Assembly: GCA_023386345.1 (NCBI GenBank)
Contig: JAEWJT010000004.1
Span: forward strand, 318,485 to 382,484
DNA length: 64,000 bases
DNA from: Bacillota bacterium
GTDB lineage: Bacteria > Bacillota > Clostridia > Tissierellales > Sedimentibacteraceae
Direction of reading: 5' to 3'
Positions within the stretch are counted from its first letter, which is position 1. Every line of letters starts with the position of its first letter. Both the position numbers and the translations under genes were made by a program. Shown one piece after another: positions 38,487 through 47,529 of the stretch. The notes beneath the pieces are model-generated. The model saw nothing but the letters and a program-made list of their open reading frames with translations. It was not told the DNA's origin and did no database searches.

Positions 38487-39695
38487 ATGAGAAAAATATC
38501 CATATTTTTAATATTTATTTTATTATTTAGTTTTATTAATCAAAATGTTTTTATTGGCTCTGATGACGTGTCTAAGCTTGCTGGCATGAACACTGTTTAT
38601 GCAGATGTTAAAGCTGATAATTTAACATTGACATCTAAATCTGCTATTTTGATGAGTGCTGATAGCGGAGAGATTTTATATGAAAAAAATAGCAATCAAA
38701 AGCTTTCCCCTGCTAGTATAACTAAAATTATGCTGCTTATTTTGCTTAGTGAAAAGCTAAATTCGGGAGAAATAAAACTAACAGATGAAACTACTATCAC
38801 CAAGTATGCAGCGAGCATGGGTGGAAGTCAAGTTTTCTTAGAAGAGAATGAAGTACAAACAGTTGATAGTCTTCTTAAAGCTATTTGCATGCGTTCAGCA
38901 AATGATGCTTCTGTTGCTATGTCAGAATTATTGTATGGCTCTGAAGAAGCCTGTGTTGCGCAGATGAATGAAAAAGCTATAGAGCTTGGCATGGAAAGCA
39001 CACATTTTGTAAATGTTACTGGATTACCTGCTGAAAATCATATTTCAACTGCAAAGGACATTGCACTTATGTCAAGAGAATTACTAAAATATGACTATGC
39101 TAATAAGTATATGGTTACTTGGATGGATAGTATCATGGTTGGTAAGAACAAAGATATAGAGCAGGTTTTGGTAAATACCAATAGATTGATAAATAATTAC
39201 GATGGTTTGTTGGGACTTAAAACAGGATATACAACAGACGCATTGTATTGTCTGTCTGCGGCGGCACAGAGAAAAGGAACTACATTTATAGCAGTAGTTC
39301 TAGGATGCCCTGAAACTAAAGTGAGATTTGCAGAAGCAGCAAAGCTTTTAAATCATGGCTTTGCAAATTATAAAAATCTAATTTTTTATGCTAAAGATGC
39401 TCCTATAACAAAGGTTGCAGTAGAATGTGCTAAAGAAGAAAGTATAAATGTAGTCAGCAGAGAAAATATTAGTTTATTGACAACAAGTAATTGCAAAATT
39501 GAAGATTATAGTTTACAATATAATGTGAATAAAAACTTAAAAGCACCTCTGGATTATTATACACCTATAGGTATACTGACTATTTCAAAGGATGGATCTG
39601 TACTTAAGGAAGTAGAATTATATCCAGAAAAGAAGATAGATAAACAACCATTTTTTGCATTTTATTTTAAAATGTTAAAGGAAATTATGAAGTGA
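38487..39695 (+). CDS. D-alanyl-D-alanine carboxypeptidase (S11, DacF/DacB-like)
   Basis: Signal peptide. SxxK (SPASITK), SxN (SANDA), KTG (KTGYT). Confidence 0.9.
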   Translation: MRKISIFLIFILLFSFINQNVFIGSDDVSKLAGMNTVYADVKADNLTLTSKSAILMSADSGEILYEKNSNQKLSPASITKIMLLILLSEKLNSGEIKLTDETTITKYAASMGGSQVFLEENEVQTVDSLLKAICMRSANDASVAMSELLYGSEEACVAQMNEKAIELGMESTHFVNVTGLPAENHISTAKDIALMSRELLKYDYANKYMVTWMDSIMVGKNKDIEQVLVNTNRLINNYDGLLGLKTGYTTDALYCLSAAAQRKGTTFIAVVLGCPETKVRFAEAAKLLNHGFANYKNLIFYAKDAPITKVAVECAKEESINVVSRENISLLTTSNCKIEDYSLQYNVNKNLKAPLDYYTPIGILTISKDGSVLKEVELYPEKKIDKQPFFAFYFKMLKEIMK

Positions 39696-39708
39696 AAGGG
39701 TAATTGAG

Positions 39709-40470
39709 TTGCATATGGAGTATTCAGTTAATTTAACTACATTTCAAGGTCCTTTTGAGCTATTGTATTATTTGATAGAGCAAAGGGAGGTTGATATATA
39801 TGATATACCGATTTCTGAAATTACACAGCAGTATTTAGAGTATCTTGATGAGATGAAAAATCTAAACATGAATATAACAAGTGAGTTTATATTGATGGCT
39901 GCAACGCTGATTGAGATAAAATCTCAGATGCTTTTGCCAGTAAAGGAAAAGGACTCTGAGGACCCAAGACTTCAATTGGTAAATCAATTAATTGAATACA
40001 AAATATGCAAGATAGCTTCTGAAAAGCTTAAGGAATTTGAACAAAGCAATAGCTTTTTTTACTCAAAACCCAAAGAGGAAATTGAATTTTCAGATGATAA
40101 CGAATGTGAGCAATTATTTATAAACACTGTAAATGCTTATGATTTATACAATATGTTTTCTAAGCTTCTTAAGGAGAGAAATATAAAAATATCGCAAGAA
40201 CCTGTAGTTTTGCAAAATAAAATTTATCGTGAAAGCTATAGTGTTAAAACCTGTGTTGATGATATATTGATAAAGCTTAAAAAGAATAAATCTGTTTCTG
40301 TATTTGCCTTATTTGAAGAGAATATTAGTCAAACTAATAAAAAAGAATATATTGTATCAGTATTTTTGGCTGTTTTAGAATTATCAAAGGATAAGGATAT
40401 AAAAATAGTTCAAGACAAAAATTTTAGTGACATAGTAATTTTATATGGTCAAGGGGAGAACAATGAATAA
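39709..40470 (+). CDS. scpA: segregation and condensation protein A
   Basis: FQGPFELLYYLIEQREVDIYDIPISEIT is the ScpA N-terminal signature. Start is TTG 39709 or ATG 39715. Confidence 0.92.
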   Translation: MHMEYSVNLTTFQGPFELLYYLIEQREVDIYDIPISEITQQYLEYLDEMKNLNMNITSEFILMAATLIEIKSQMLLPVKEKDSEDPRLQLVNQLIEYKICKIASEKLKEFEQSNSFFYSKPKEEIEFSDDNECEQLFINTVNAYDLYNMFSKLLKERNIKISQEPVVLQNKIYRESYSVKTCVDDILIKLKKNKSVSVFALFEENISQTNKKEYIVSVFLAVLELSKDKDIKIVQDKNFSDIVILYGQGENNE

Positions 40471-41005
40471 AGAGAAAATTAAAAGTACAATAGAAAGCTT
40501 GCTTTTTGCATGGGGAGAGCCTTTAAGTCTTAATGAGATATCAGATATTTTAAATATTAAAAAAACTGAAGCTATTCAATTTATTACTGAGATGGCAGAA
40601 GAATATAAAGCGGATGAAAAAAGGGGTATATTTCTTCAACAGTTTGGAGATACTTACCAATTAACTACAAAAAAGGAAAATTTCGATTTTATACAGAAAC
40701 TTATGCAAGAAGTAACCGTTAATCGTTCGCTTTCAAATGCGTCATTGGAAACCTTGTCCATAATAGCATATAAACAGCCTGTTACAAGAGTTGAAATAGA
40801 TATCATAAGAGGAGTAAAAAGCTCGCATATAGTAAAAAGCTTGCTAGAGAAAAATCTAATTAAAGAAGTCGGAAAATTAGATAAACCTGGCAAACCAACT
40901 ATTTATGCAACAACCTCTGAATTTTTAAAGCATTTTGGATTAAAAACCATAGATGAGCTACCAAAAATACAAATTGAAGAAGATGAGGATAAAAAAGCAG
41001 TATAG
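40463..41005 (+). CDS. scpB: segregation and condensation protein B
   Basis: ATG 40463 follows GGGGAG. IESLLFAWGEPLSL, LETLSIIAYKQPVTRVEID, GKPTIYATT motifs. Confidence 0.93.
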   Translation: MNKEKIKSTIESLLFAWGEPLSLNEISDILNIKKTEAIQFITEMAEEYKADEKRGIFLQQFGDTYQLTTKKENFDFIQKLMQEVTVNRSLSNASLETLSIIAYKQPVTRVEIDIIRGVKSSHIVKSLLEKNLIKEVGKLDKPGKPTIYATTSEFLKHFGLKTIDELPKIQIEEDEDKKAV

Positions 41006-41044
41006 CCAATAAAGACAAGCTATGCTGCTTTTTAAATTATAAAA

Positions 41045-41416
41045 ATGAATGTATTATTTTTAATAATTTTAGCAATAATATTATTTATAAGTATATTGTA
41101 TTTGAATTTTATAGTACAAATAAAAATAAATATAACAATTGCTGAAGCAGCTATATTTATCAAATTTAAAATTTTAAAATTTCATAAGGATTTTGCATTT
41201 AGATTAAATTATTTTGAATTAATAAAAAGATATTTTTTAGAGAAAAGAGAGGGAAAGTCCTATAAGAAAGAATTAGATTTATTCAAATCAATTTTCAAAG
41301 CTTTTTTCATAAAAAATATAGATATTTATTCAGAGTTATTTGAGGATAGGCTTTCAATTGCTGTGAAATTTAATGTAGTAAATATAATTACGAAAAAAGC
41401 AATATTAAATGAGTAA
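41045..41416 (+). CDS. small membrane protein, possibly YtfI/DUF2953-like
   Basis: N-terminal TM segment. The position upstream of a YtfJ/GerW-like gene suggests the ytfI-ytfJ pair. No motif recognised. Confidence 0.35.
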   Translation: MNVLFLIILAIILFISILYLNFIVQIKINITIAEAAIFIKFKILKFHKDFAFRLNYFELIKRYFLEKREGKSYKKELDLFKSIFKAFFIKNIDIYSELFEDRLSIAVKFNVVNIITKKAILNE

Positions 41417-41459
41417 TAATTTAAACAAATAAATACAATAAAAAAAAGAGGTACTGAGA

Positions 41460-41858
41460 ATGAGTAAAGATATAGAAAATATCATAAAAACAACATTAGA
41501 GAACATCAATAATATGACAGAAAATGAAAAACTTATAAGCAGTAAAATAAGCTATGAAAATGTAAATTTTCTTGCTATTTCAAAGCTTAATATGAACTTT
41601 ATAATTGGAGGCAGTGACATAGATAAAAAGTTTAGAAACATCGATGTTAAACCATTCGCTGGAGCTGCCTATGTAAATTTGTCACTAAGTCCGCAGTATT
41701 TGATATATGAAAATCAAAACCAAATACAGTCAGTTAATCTAAATGGCACACAAAATTTAGGTAATGATTTGTCATCAATAATTTCAAATGTGGTTTCATA
41801 CATAAAGGACTTAAAGGAGAAGAAAGTTAAAAATGAAAAAGTTGAGAAATTTGAATAG
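41460..41858 (+). CDS. ytfJ: GerW/YtfJ-family sporulation protein
   Basis: 132 aa with central ...IIGGSD...FAGAAYVNLSLSP, reminiscent of YtfJ. Post-scpB position is common in Clostridia. Confidence 0.55.
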   Translation: MSKDIENIIKTTLENINNMTENEKLISSKISYENVNFLAISKLNMNFIIGGSDIDKKFRNIDVKPFAGAAYVNLSLSPQYLIYENQNQIQSVNLNGTQNLGNDLSSIISNVVSYIKDLKEKKVKNEKVEKFE

Positions 41859-42942
41859 ATTAAAAGAAATAAAAAACATATTATTTTATAAGAATAAACT
41901 GATGAATATTAAAATTGTTATCACAACAGTATTATTGTGTGTTTTTTCTTTTCAGAATGTCTATGCTCTTGAATTTCCTAAAATATATGCTGAAACTTAT
42001 ATTGTTATAGACAAAGTCTCTGGAAGAATATTAGCATCAAAAAATGCCGATAAAAAAAGCTATATGGCAAGCACCACTAAAATTATGACTGCTATAACAG
42101 CGATTGAAAGCTATAGGGATATGTATAAAAATCTTATTGTCCCTAAAGAATACACAGGCATAGAAGGCTCAAGCATTTATCTTGTCCCAAATCAAAATGC
42201 AACAATGATGGATTTACTGTATGGACTTATGCTTCGTTCTGGAAATGATGCTGCACTAGCTACAGCATATTTTGCAGGAGGAAGAAATGTATCGAATTTT
42301 ATAGATAGTATGAATAACAAAGCAAAAGCGATGGGAGCATTCAATACGAACTTTACAAATCCGCATGGATTGCATGATAAAAACCACTATACAACAGCTT
42401 ATGATTTAGCACTTATAACAAAATATGCTTTGCAAAATAAGTTGTTTAAAGAAATTGCAGCTGCTAAAAATTATTACAACAGCGATAACAATTTCTATTT
42501 TATAAATAAAAATAAAGTAGTATATCAGTACAAATACGGGACTGGAGTGAAAATAGGTTACACTAAAACAGCAGGCAGATGTCTGGTGGCTTCTGCTGAA
42601 AAAGATAATATGGAAATCATAGTTGTAGTTCTAAATGATGGAAATTGGTTCAATGACAGCTATAAAGCTTTTGATTTTGCATTTAACAATTATAAAAACT
42701 ACGATATAGTAAAAGAAAATCAAGAAATGCTAAAAGATGAAAAAGACACTCCAATTTATGCTGAAACAGGATTTAGCTATGTGCTGACAGAGGAAGAAAA
42801 AAGCAATATAAAAGTAGAAATTACAAAAACCACAGAGCATATAGAAAGTGGTGCAAACAATAAAGTGTATGGATTTTATAAAGTAATATTAAACAATGAT
42901 GTAATCTACAATGGTAAGTTAGTATATAATTCTAATTATTAA
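41833..42942 (+). CDS. D-alanyl-D-alanine carboxypeptidase (S11, DacB-like)
   Basis: SxxK (STTKIM), SxN (SGNDA), KxG (KIGYT). Start is either ATG 41833 (RBS AAGGAGA, overlaps ytfJ) or ATG 41902 just before the signal peptide. Confidence 0.88.
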   Translation: MKKLRNLNRLKEIKNILFYKNKLMNIKIVITTVLLCVFSFQNVYALEFPKIYAETYIVIDKVSGRILASKNADKKSYMASTTKIMTAITAIESYRDMYKNLIVPKEYTGIEGSSIYLVPNQNATMMDLLYGLMLRSGNDAALATAYFAGGRNVSNFIDSMNNKAKAMGAFNTNFTNPHGLHDKNHYTTAYDLALITKYALQNKLFKEIAAAKNYYNSDNNFYFINKNKVVYQYKYGTGVKIGYTKTAGRCLVASAEKDNMEIIVVVLNDGNWFNDSYKAFDFAFNNYKNYDIVKENQEMLKDEKDTPIYAETGFSYVLTEEEKSNIKVEITKTTEHIESGANNKVYGFYKVILNNDVIYNGKLVYNSNY

Positions 42943-42979
42943 TAATATTATCAGTAGAATTTGTTTATAAACATGTTAA

Positions 42980-43000
42980 AAGCACTCGTGTAGAGTGCTT
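42980..43000. terminator. bidirectional terminator hairpin between convergent genes
   Basis: AAGCACTC-gtgta-GAGTGCTT flanked by an A-run upstream and a T-rich run downstream. Confidence 0.6.
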
Positions 43001-43028
43001 AAATTTTATTACGTTTTAAGATATGAAA

Positions 43029-43238
43029 TTATTTGAATTTATCTCCAGTTTTGTAGTCTTCTCTTGCCCAATTAGGAGCATTTATTGGACCAGCCTTAAT
43101 GTTACCTGTTTTTGCTGGTCCCTGAATTTCTGGAACTGGTTCTTGTGCATTCTTTTGACGATTCATTTTGTTACGGTTCTCTGTACCATGATTTTTTTTA
43201 TCATAAGGACTTGGTCTTCTCATACCTGCTTTTGCCAT
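43029..43238 (-). CDS. small basic hypothetical protein (69 aa), the only reverse-strand gene in the window
   Basis: ATG at 43238 is preceded on the - strand by AAAGGAGG. Sequence MAKAGMRRPSPYDKKNHGTENRNKMNRQKNAQEP.... No family recognised. Confidence 0.6.
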   Translation of the reverse strand: MAKAGMRRPSPYDKKNHGTENRNKMNRQKNAQEPVPEIQGPAKTGNIKAGPINAPNWAREDYKTGDKFK

Positions 43239-43410
43239 TATTGTACCTCCTTTTATCACTAATTAATTAAACAATTTTAAAAAAATTTATTAAATTGTTT
43301 CTATAATAGTTTTAGACTCTTTAAACAAATTGATACAAGAGATATTTTTACATTTTTAACTTTTAATTTTTTTATATCATAAGTTTGTATCATTTATAAT
43401 TATTAGATTT

Positions 43411-44220
43411 ATGTTTAAACTAAAAAAAAATATATCATTATGTAAAGCAGGTGAATTTAATTTGACTAAAACATCAAAAAGAGGTTTTGATTTAAATGAT
43501 AAAAGGTGGTTTTCTGAACATGAACTACTAAAACTAAAAAAAGCTCATGAGGAGATAAAATGGCTATTAGATAGAGATTACAATTTGGAAGCTATAATGA
43601 ATTTTGTTGGAGGACGATATCAATTTACAATAAGACAAAGGGATGCCTTGAAACGTAGCACTTGCAGCACTAATAAGGAAATGCTTAGGAAAACAAAGGA
43701 GCTTAATATTAATAATCTAATAGATAAAACAATAAATATAGATGGATTTAATTTAATTATAAATTTAGAAGTTGCCTTGTCAGGCGGAACATTAATTGTT
43801 GGCAATGATGGATTAGTAAGAGATTTGGCTGGGCTTAGAGGAACTTATAAACTAATAGATAAAACAGATATGGCTATAGAATATCTGTTTAGATTTCTAG
43901 AGACAAAGAAAATCAAAGCTGTTAATATTTATTTAGACTTACCTGTATCTAATTCTGGAAATCTTAAAATTCGAATCATGGAGCATACAAATAAGTATAA
44001 AATCTTAACAAATGTGATATTGGTTAATAATGCAGATGTAGTATTAGAAAAATTTGATTTTGTAGTAACAAGCGATGCAACTATTTTAGATAAATGTAAT
44101 AGCTATTTAAATTTAAGCAAAAACATAATAAATGAGTATATACCAGATGCAAAATTAATATCATTATCAAACCCAACACTTACAGTATTAAAAAGTGAAC
44201 ATCTTAATCAAAAACATTAA
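43411..44220 (+). CDS. DUF434 plus C-terminal NYN/PIN-like (DUF5616-type) domain protein
   Basis: The N-terminal block RGFDLNDKRWFSEHELLKLKKAHEEIKWLLDRDYNLEAIMNFVGGRYQFTIRQRDALKR fits my memory of DUF434. The C-terminal half has acidic motifs IDGFN, GNDG..RD, VVTSDATILD. Confidence 0.55.
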   Translation: MFKLKKNISLCKAGEFNLTKTSKRGFDLNDKRWFSEHELLKLKKAHEEIKWLLDRDYNLEAIMNFVGGRYQFTIRQRDALKRSTCSTNKEMLRKTKELNINNLIDKTINIDGFNLIINLEVALSGGTLIVGNDGLVRDLAGLRGTYKLIDKTDMAIEYLFRFLETKKIKAVNIYLDLPVSNSGNLKIRIMEHTNKYKILTNVILVNNADVVLEKFDFVVTSDATILDKCNSYLNLSKNIINEYIPDAKLISLSNPTLTVLKSEHLNQKH

Positions 44221-44375
44221 AGTGAGCTTAGATATATGAAAATCCTAATTACGCATATTAGCAACAAGTATATTATCATTTGACAGGTGTTATTAAAATT
44301 GTTATTTGTATTTTTCAACTAATTATAGTATAATCTAAATAAAATTTATTTTTATAAAGAAATTGAGGAATGAAT

Positions 44376-45089
44376 ATGTCAGAAGAAAGATTACAAAAAT
44401 ATATAGCAAATTGTGGGATTAGTTCTAGGCGTAAGGCTGAGGAGCTTATTTTACAGGGCAAAGTAGAGGTCAATGGTGGGCTTGTGACACAGCTTGGCTT
44501 TAAAGTAGATACGGATAAAGATCAGGTTTACATTGATGGGAAATTGATTAAACCCGTTGAAGAAAAAATCTATATAAAGCTTAATAAGCCTACAGGCTAT
44601 GTAACTACTGTAAAGGATCAATTCGACAGAAAATGCGTTATTGATTTAGTAAATATATCCGAGCGTGTTTATCCTGTGGGTAGACTTGATTATGATACAA
44701 GTGGACTGATATTATTAACAAATGACGGTGAATTGTCAAATAGACTGATGCACCCTAGGTACAAAGTATATAAAACCTATATAGCAAGAGTTAAAGGAAG
44801 AATGAATGCTACAGATATAGGATGGTTAAGACACGGTATTAAAATTGAGGATTATACAACTGCTCCTGCCTTAGCTGATATAGTAGAATCTGATGGAGTT
44901 AAGACAACTGTTAAAATAAGCATATATGAAGGAAAAAACAGACAGGTGAGAAAGATGCTCGAAGCGGTTGGAAAAATGGTTGTAAGCCTTAAAAGAGTGT
45001 CCTTTGGCAACATTGAACTTGAAGAACTTAAGCCGGGAGAATGGAAATACTTAAATAAAAAAGAAATAGAATATTTAAAATCTCTATAA
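44376..45089 (+). CDS. rluB: 23S rRNA pseudouridine synthase, RsuA/RluB family
   Basis: S4 domain (RLQKYIANCGISSRRKAEELI). Catalytic PVGRLDYDTSGLILLTNDG. Confidence 0.92.
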   Translation: MSEERLQKYIANCGISSRRKAEELILQGKVEVNGGLVTQLGFKVDTDKDQVYIDGKLIKPVEEKIYIKLNKPTGYVTTVKDQFDRKCVIDLVNISERVYPVGRLDYDTSGLILLTNDGELSNRLMHPRYKVYKTYIARVKGRMNATDIGWLRHGIKIEDYTTAPALADIVESDGVKTTVKISIYEGKNRQVRKMLEAVGKMVVSLKRVSFGNIELEELKPGEWKYLNKKEIEYLKSL

Positions 45090-45179
45090 TTAATGACAGT
45101 ATTATACCTTTATTCTTGTTGACTTAATAAAGACTTATTTGAGTATGTAAAATTTAATTTTAATAATAGAGGAAAAGCA

Positions 45180-45752
45180 ATGAAAGATATAAAATACGGA
45201 CAAATTACAGATTTTGTTCATTTTTTAGTTGAAAATAGCTATAAAGATAAAGAGAATATAATATTTGTAGACGCTACCGCTGGAAATGGCTTAGATACAT
45301 TGTTTTTATGCAGTTTATTTAAAGATAATGGTTTTATATATGCCTTTGATATTCAAGAGGATGCGATAAACAATACTAGAAAATTACTAAATAGCAATCT
45401 TTATTCAAATTATGAGCTTATAGTTGATTCACATGAGAATGTGCTTAAATACATAAAAGATAATCAGATAGATGCGGCATTATTTAATTTAGGATATTTG
45501 CCTAATTCAAATAAAGCAATAAAAACAAATTATATAACAACTATAAATGCAATAAAAAATATAATGAGTAGACTAAAAAAATGCGGAAGAATTTATATTT
45601 GTGCATATATATTGCATGATAATGGCGAGGAAGCAAAGTATATACTTGATTTTATCAGTTCATTAAGTAAAAAAGAATACAATGTAATTCAAATAAAACT
45701 ATTAAATAAAGAAAATTCTCCTCCTGAAGTATATATTATAGAAAAAAATTAA
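45180..45752 (+). CDS. mnmM: class I SAM-dependent methyltransferase, YtqB/MnmM-like
   Basis: VDATAGNGLDTLFL motif I. 190 aa, typical of the YtqB family. Confidence 0.7.
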   Translation: MKDIKYGQITDFVHFLVENSYKDKENIIFVDATAGNGLDTLFLCSLFKDNGFIYAFDIQEDAINNTRKLLNSNLYSNYELIVDSHENVLKYIKDNQIDAALFNLGYLPNSNKAIKTNYITTINAIKNIMSRLKKCGRIYICAYILHDNGEEAKYILDFISSLSKKEYNVIQIKLLNKENSPPEVYIIEKN

Positions 45753-46036
45753 AACTATTTAATAATTTTTAAGTTTTATATTTAATAGTAAGCTTTATAT
45801 TTGCATGATTAAAATATTTTTATTCATGTAAATTTTTTTTGGATTGTTAATTATAATACAATTTTTAATTTCATTAATGAAGTAAAATCACATAATTAGG
45901 AGTTTTGTAATTTTATAAATAGCATATAAATTAATTAAAAGTTGAATTATTTTAATTTAATGAAATCGTTTTGATTTGCCACCTTGTGAATGTCTTGAAT
46001 TAATTCTTGCAATTTGTTATTTTTATGAAATATTTC

Positions 46037-46064
46037 TTGCAAAAATAAAATAATGTGTTAATAT
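46037..46064 (+). promoter_or_regulatory. candidate sigmaA-type promoter for the kor operon
   Basis: TTGCAA 46037-46042, 16-nt spacer ending in TGT, TAATAT 46059-46064. Confidence 0.4.
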
Positions 46065-46109
46065 ATATGGTGTAAAGCAAATAAATTGTAGAAAGATTAA
46101 TTTTTATGT

Positions 46110-46126
46110 ATGGACAAGTTGTCCAT
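46110..46126 (+). promoter_or_regulatory. perfect 17-bp palindrome between the kor promoter and RBS (operator or 5' UTR hairpin)
   Basis: ATGGACAA-G-TTGTCCAT. Confidence 0.4.
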
Positions 46127-46178
46127 TAAAAAGTACATAGTTTAAATAATATAATAAAAACTAGGAGGATAGTTAAAA

Positions 46179-46385
46179 ATGGCTGAAAAAAAGGAGCTTA
46201 TCATTAACAAAGATTGGTGTAAGGGCTGTGGAATTTGCGTGGCTTTCTGTCCAAAAAAGGTTCTCGCAATAGTAAAAGAAAAAACTACAGCAGTAGATAT
46301 AGATAGTTGTATATCTTGTGGACTTTGTGAATTACGATGTCCAGACAACGCTATATATTTAGTAGGAGGAAAAAAGGATGAGTAA
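46179..46385 (+). CDS. korD: 2-oxoacid:ferredoxin oxidoreductase delta subunit (2x[4Fe-4S])
   Basis: Two CxxCxxCxxxCP motifs (CKGCGICVAFCP, CISCGLCELRCP). 68 aa. Confidence 0.9.
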   Translation: MAEKKELIINKDWCKGCGICVAFCPKKVLAIVKEKTTAVDIDSCISCGLCELRCPDNAIYLVGGKKDE

Positions 46386-47529
46386 TAAAAAATATAAATT
46401 AGTTCAAGGAAATGAAGCCTGTGTAGAGGGTGCATTAGCAGCTGGTATGCGTTTTTATGCTGGTTATCCTATAACACCATCAACAGAAATTGCAGAAATT
46501 TCTGCTCAGAAACTTCCTCAATTAGGTGGAAAGTTTATACAAATGGAAGATGAAATTGCAAGTATGGCAGCTACTATAGGCGGTTCATTAGCAGGACTTA
46601 AATCAATGACAGCAACAAGTGGACCGGGATTTTCACTTAAACAAGAAAACCTTGGATATGCTTGTTTAGCAGAAGTACCTTGCGTTATAGTAAACGTTCA
46701 AAGAGGTGGCCCAAGTACAGGACTTCCTACTTCTCCGGCTCAAGGCGATGTTATGCAGGCAAGATGGGGAACTCATGGAGACCATCCTGTAATAGCATTA
46801 ACTCCAAACTCTGTACAAGAAACATACGAATATGCTATTAAAGCTTTTAATTTAGCTGAAAAATACAGGACTCCTGTTATTTATCTTATGGATGAAACAG
46901 TAGGACATATGAGAGAAAAATTAGCACTATTAGACCCATCAGAAATAGAGACTATAGATAGAGTAAAACCAAGCTGTGAGCCAAAAGAATTTGTACAATA
47001 TGCTGATAAATTCATGGATGAAAAAACAATGGTTCACCCATTGCCAGCCTTTGGTGAAGGATATAGAATACACGTTACAGGCTTAACACATGATAAAACT
47101 GGTTTCCCTACTAATAACAACAAGTTATCTGGAGAATTAGTTGAAAGAATTTGTAACAAGGTTGAAATGAACGTAGATGATTTTGCATATTACGAAGAAT
47201 ATAGATTAGAAGATGCTGAAATAGTTATAGTTGCATTTGGCGGAGTTTCAAGAAGTGCTAAAGAAGCAGTTGACGAATTAAGAGAAGCAGGCAAAAAAGT
47301 TGGAATGTTCAGACCGATAACTATTTGGCCATTACTTGAAAAGCAAATTGATGCTGTAGGTAAAAAAGCAAAAGAAATTTATGTTGCTGAAATGAATATG
47401 GGACAATATTATTATGAAGTAGACAGAGTTGCTGGAAAAAATTGTAAAGTGAATAAGATTACAAAAGTAACTGGTGAGTTGATAAGTCCTAAGGAGATTA
47501 TTGACGCAATAAACGGAGGTAATAAATAA
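46378..47529 (+). CDS. korA: 2-oxoacid:ferredoxin oxidoreductase alpha subunit
   Basis: GNEACVEGALAAGMRFYAGYPITPSTEI N-terminus. Overlaps the korD stop. Confidence 0.92.
   Translation: MSNKKYKLVQGNEACVEGALAAGMRFYAGYPITPSTEIAEISAQKLPQLGGKFIQMEDEIASMAATIGGSLAGLKSMTATSGPGFSLKQENLGYACLAEVPCVIVNVQRGGPSTGLPTSPAQGDVMQARWGTHGDHPVIALTPNSVQETYEYAIKAFNLAEKYRTPVIYLMDETVGHMREKLALLDPSEIETIDRVKPSCEPKEFVQYADKFMDEKTMVHPLPAFGEGYRIHVTGLTHDKTGFPTNNNKLSGELVERICNKVEMNVDDFAYYEEYRLEDAEIVIVAFGGVSRSAKEAVDELREAGKKVGMFRPITIWPLLEKQIDAVGKKAKEIYVAEMNMGQYYYEVDRVAGKNCKVNKITKVTGELISPKEIIDAINGGNK

Noticed and set aside
43023-43262. A + strand 79-aa ORF (MKLFEFISSFVVFSCPIRS...) mirroring the small reverse gene.
   Set aside because: It has no RBS and a Cys/Phe/Trp-rich, improbable composition. 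The - strand frame has a canonical AAAGGAGG RBS and a terminator, so the - strand reading is preferred.
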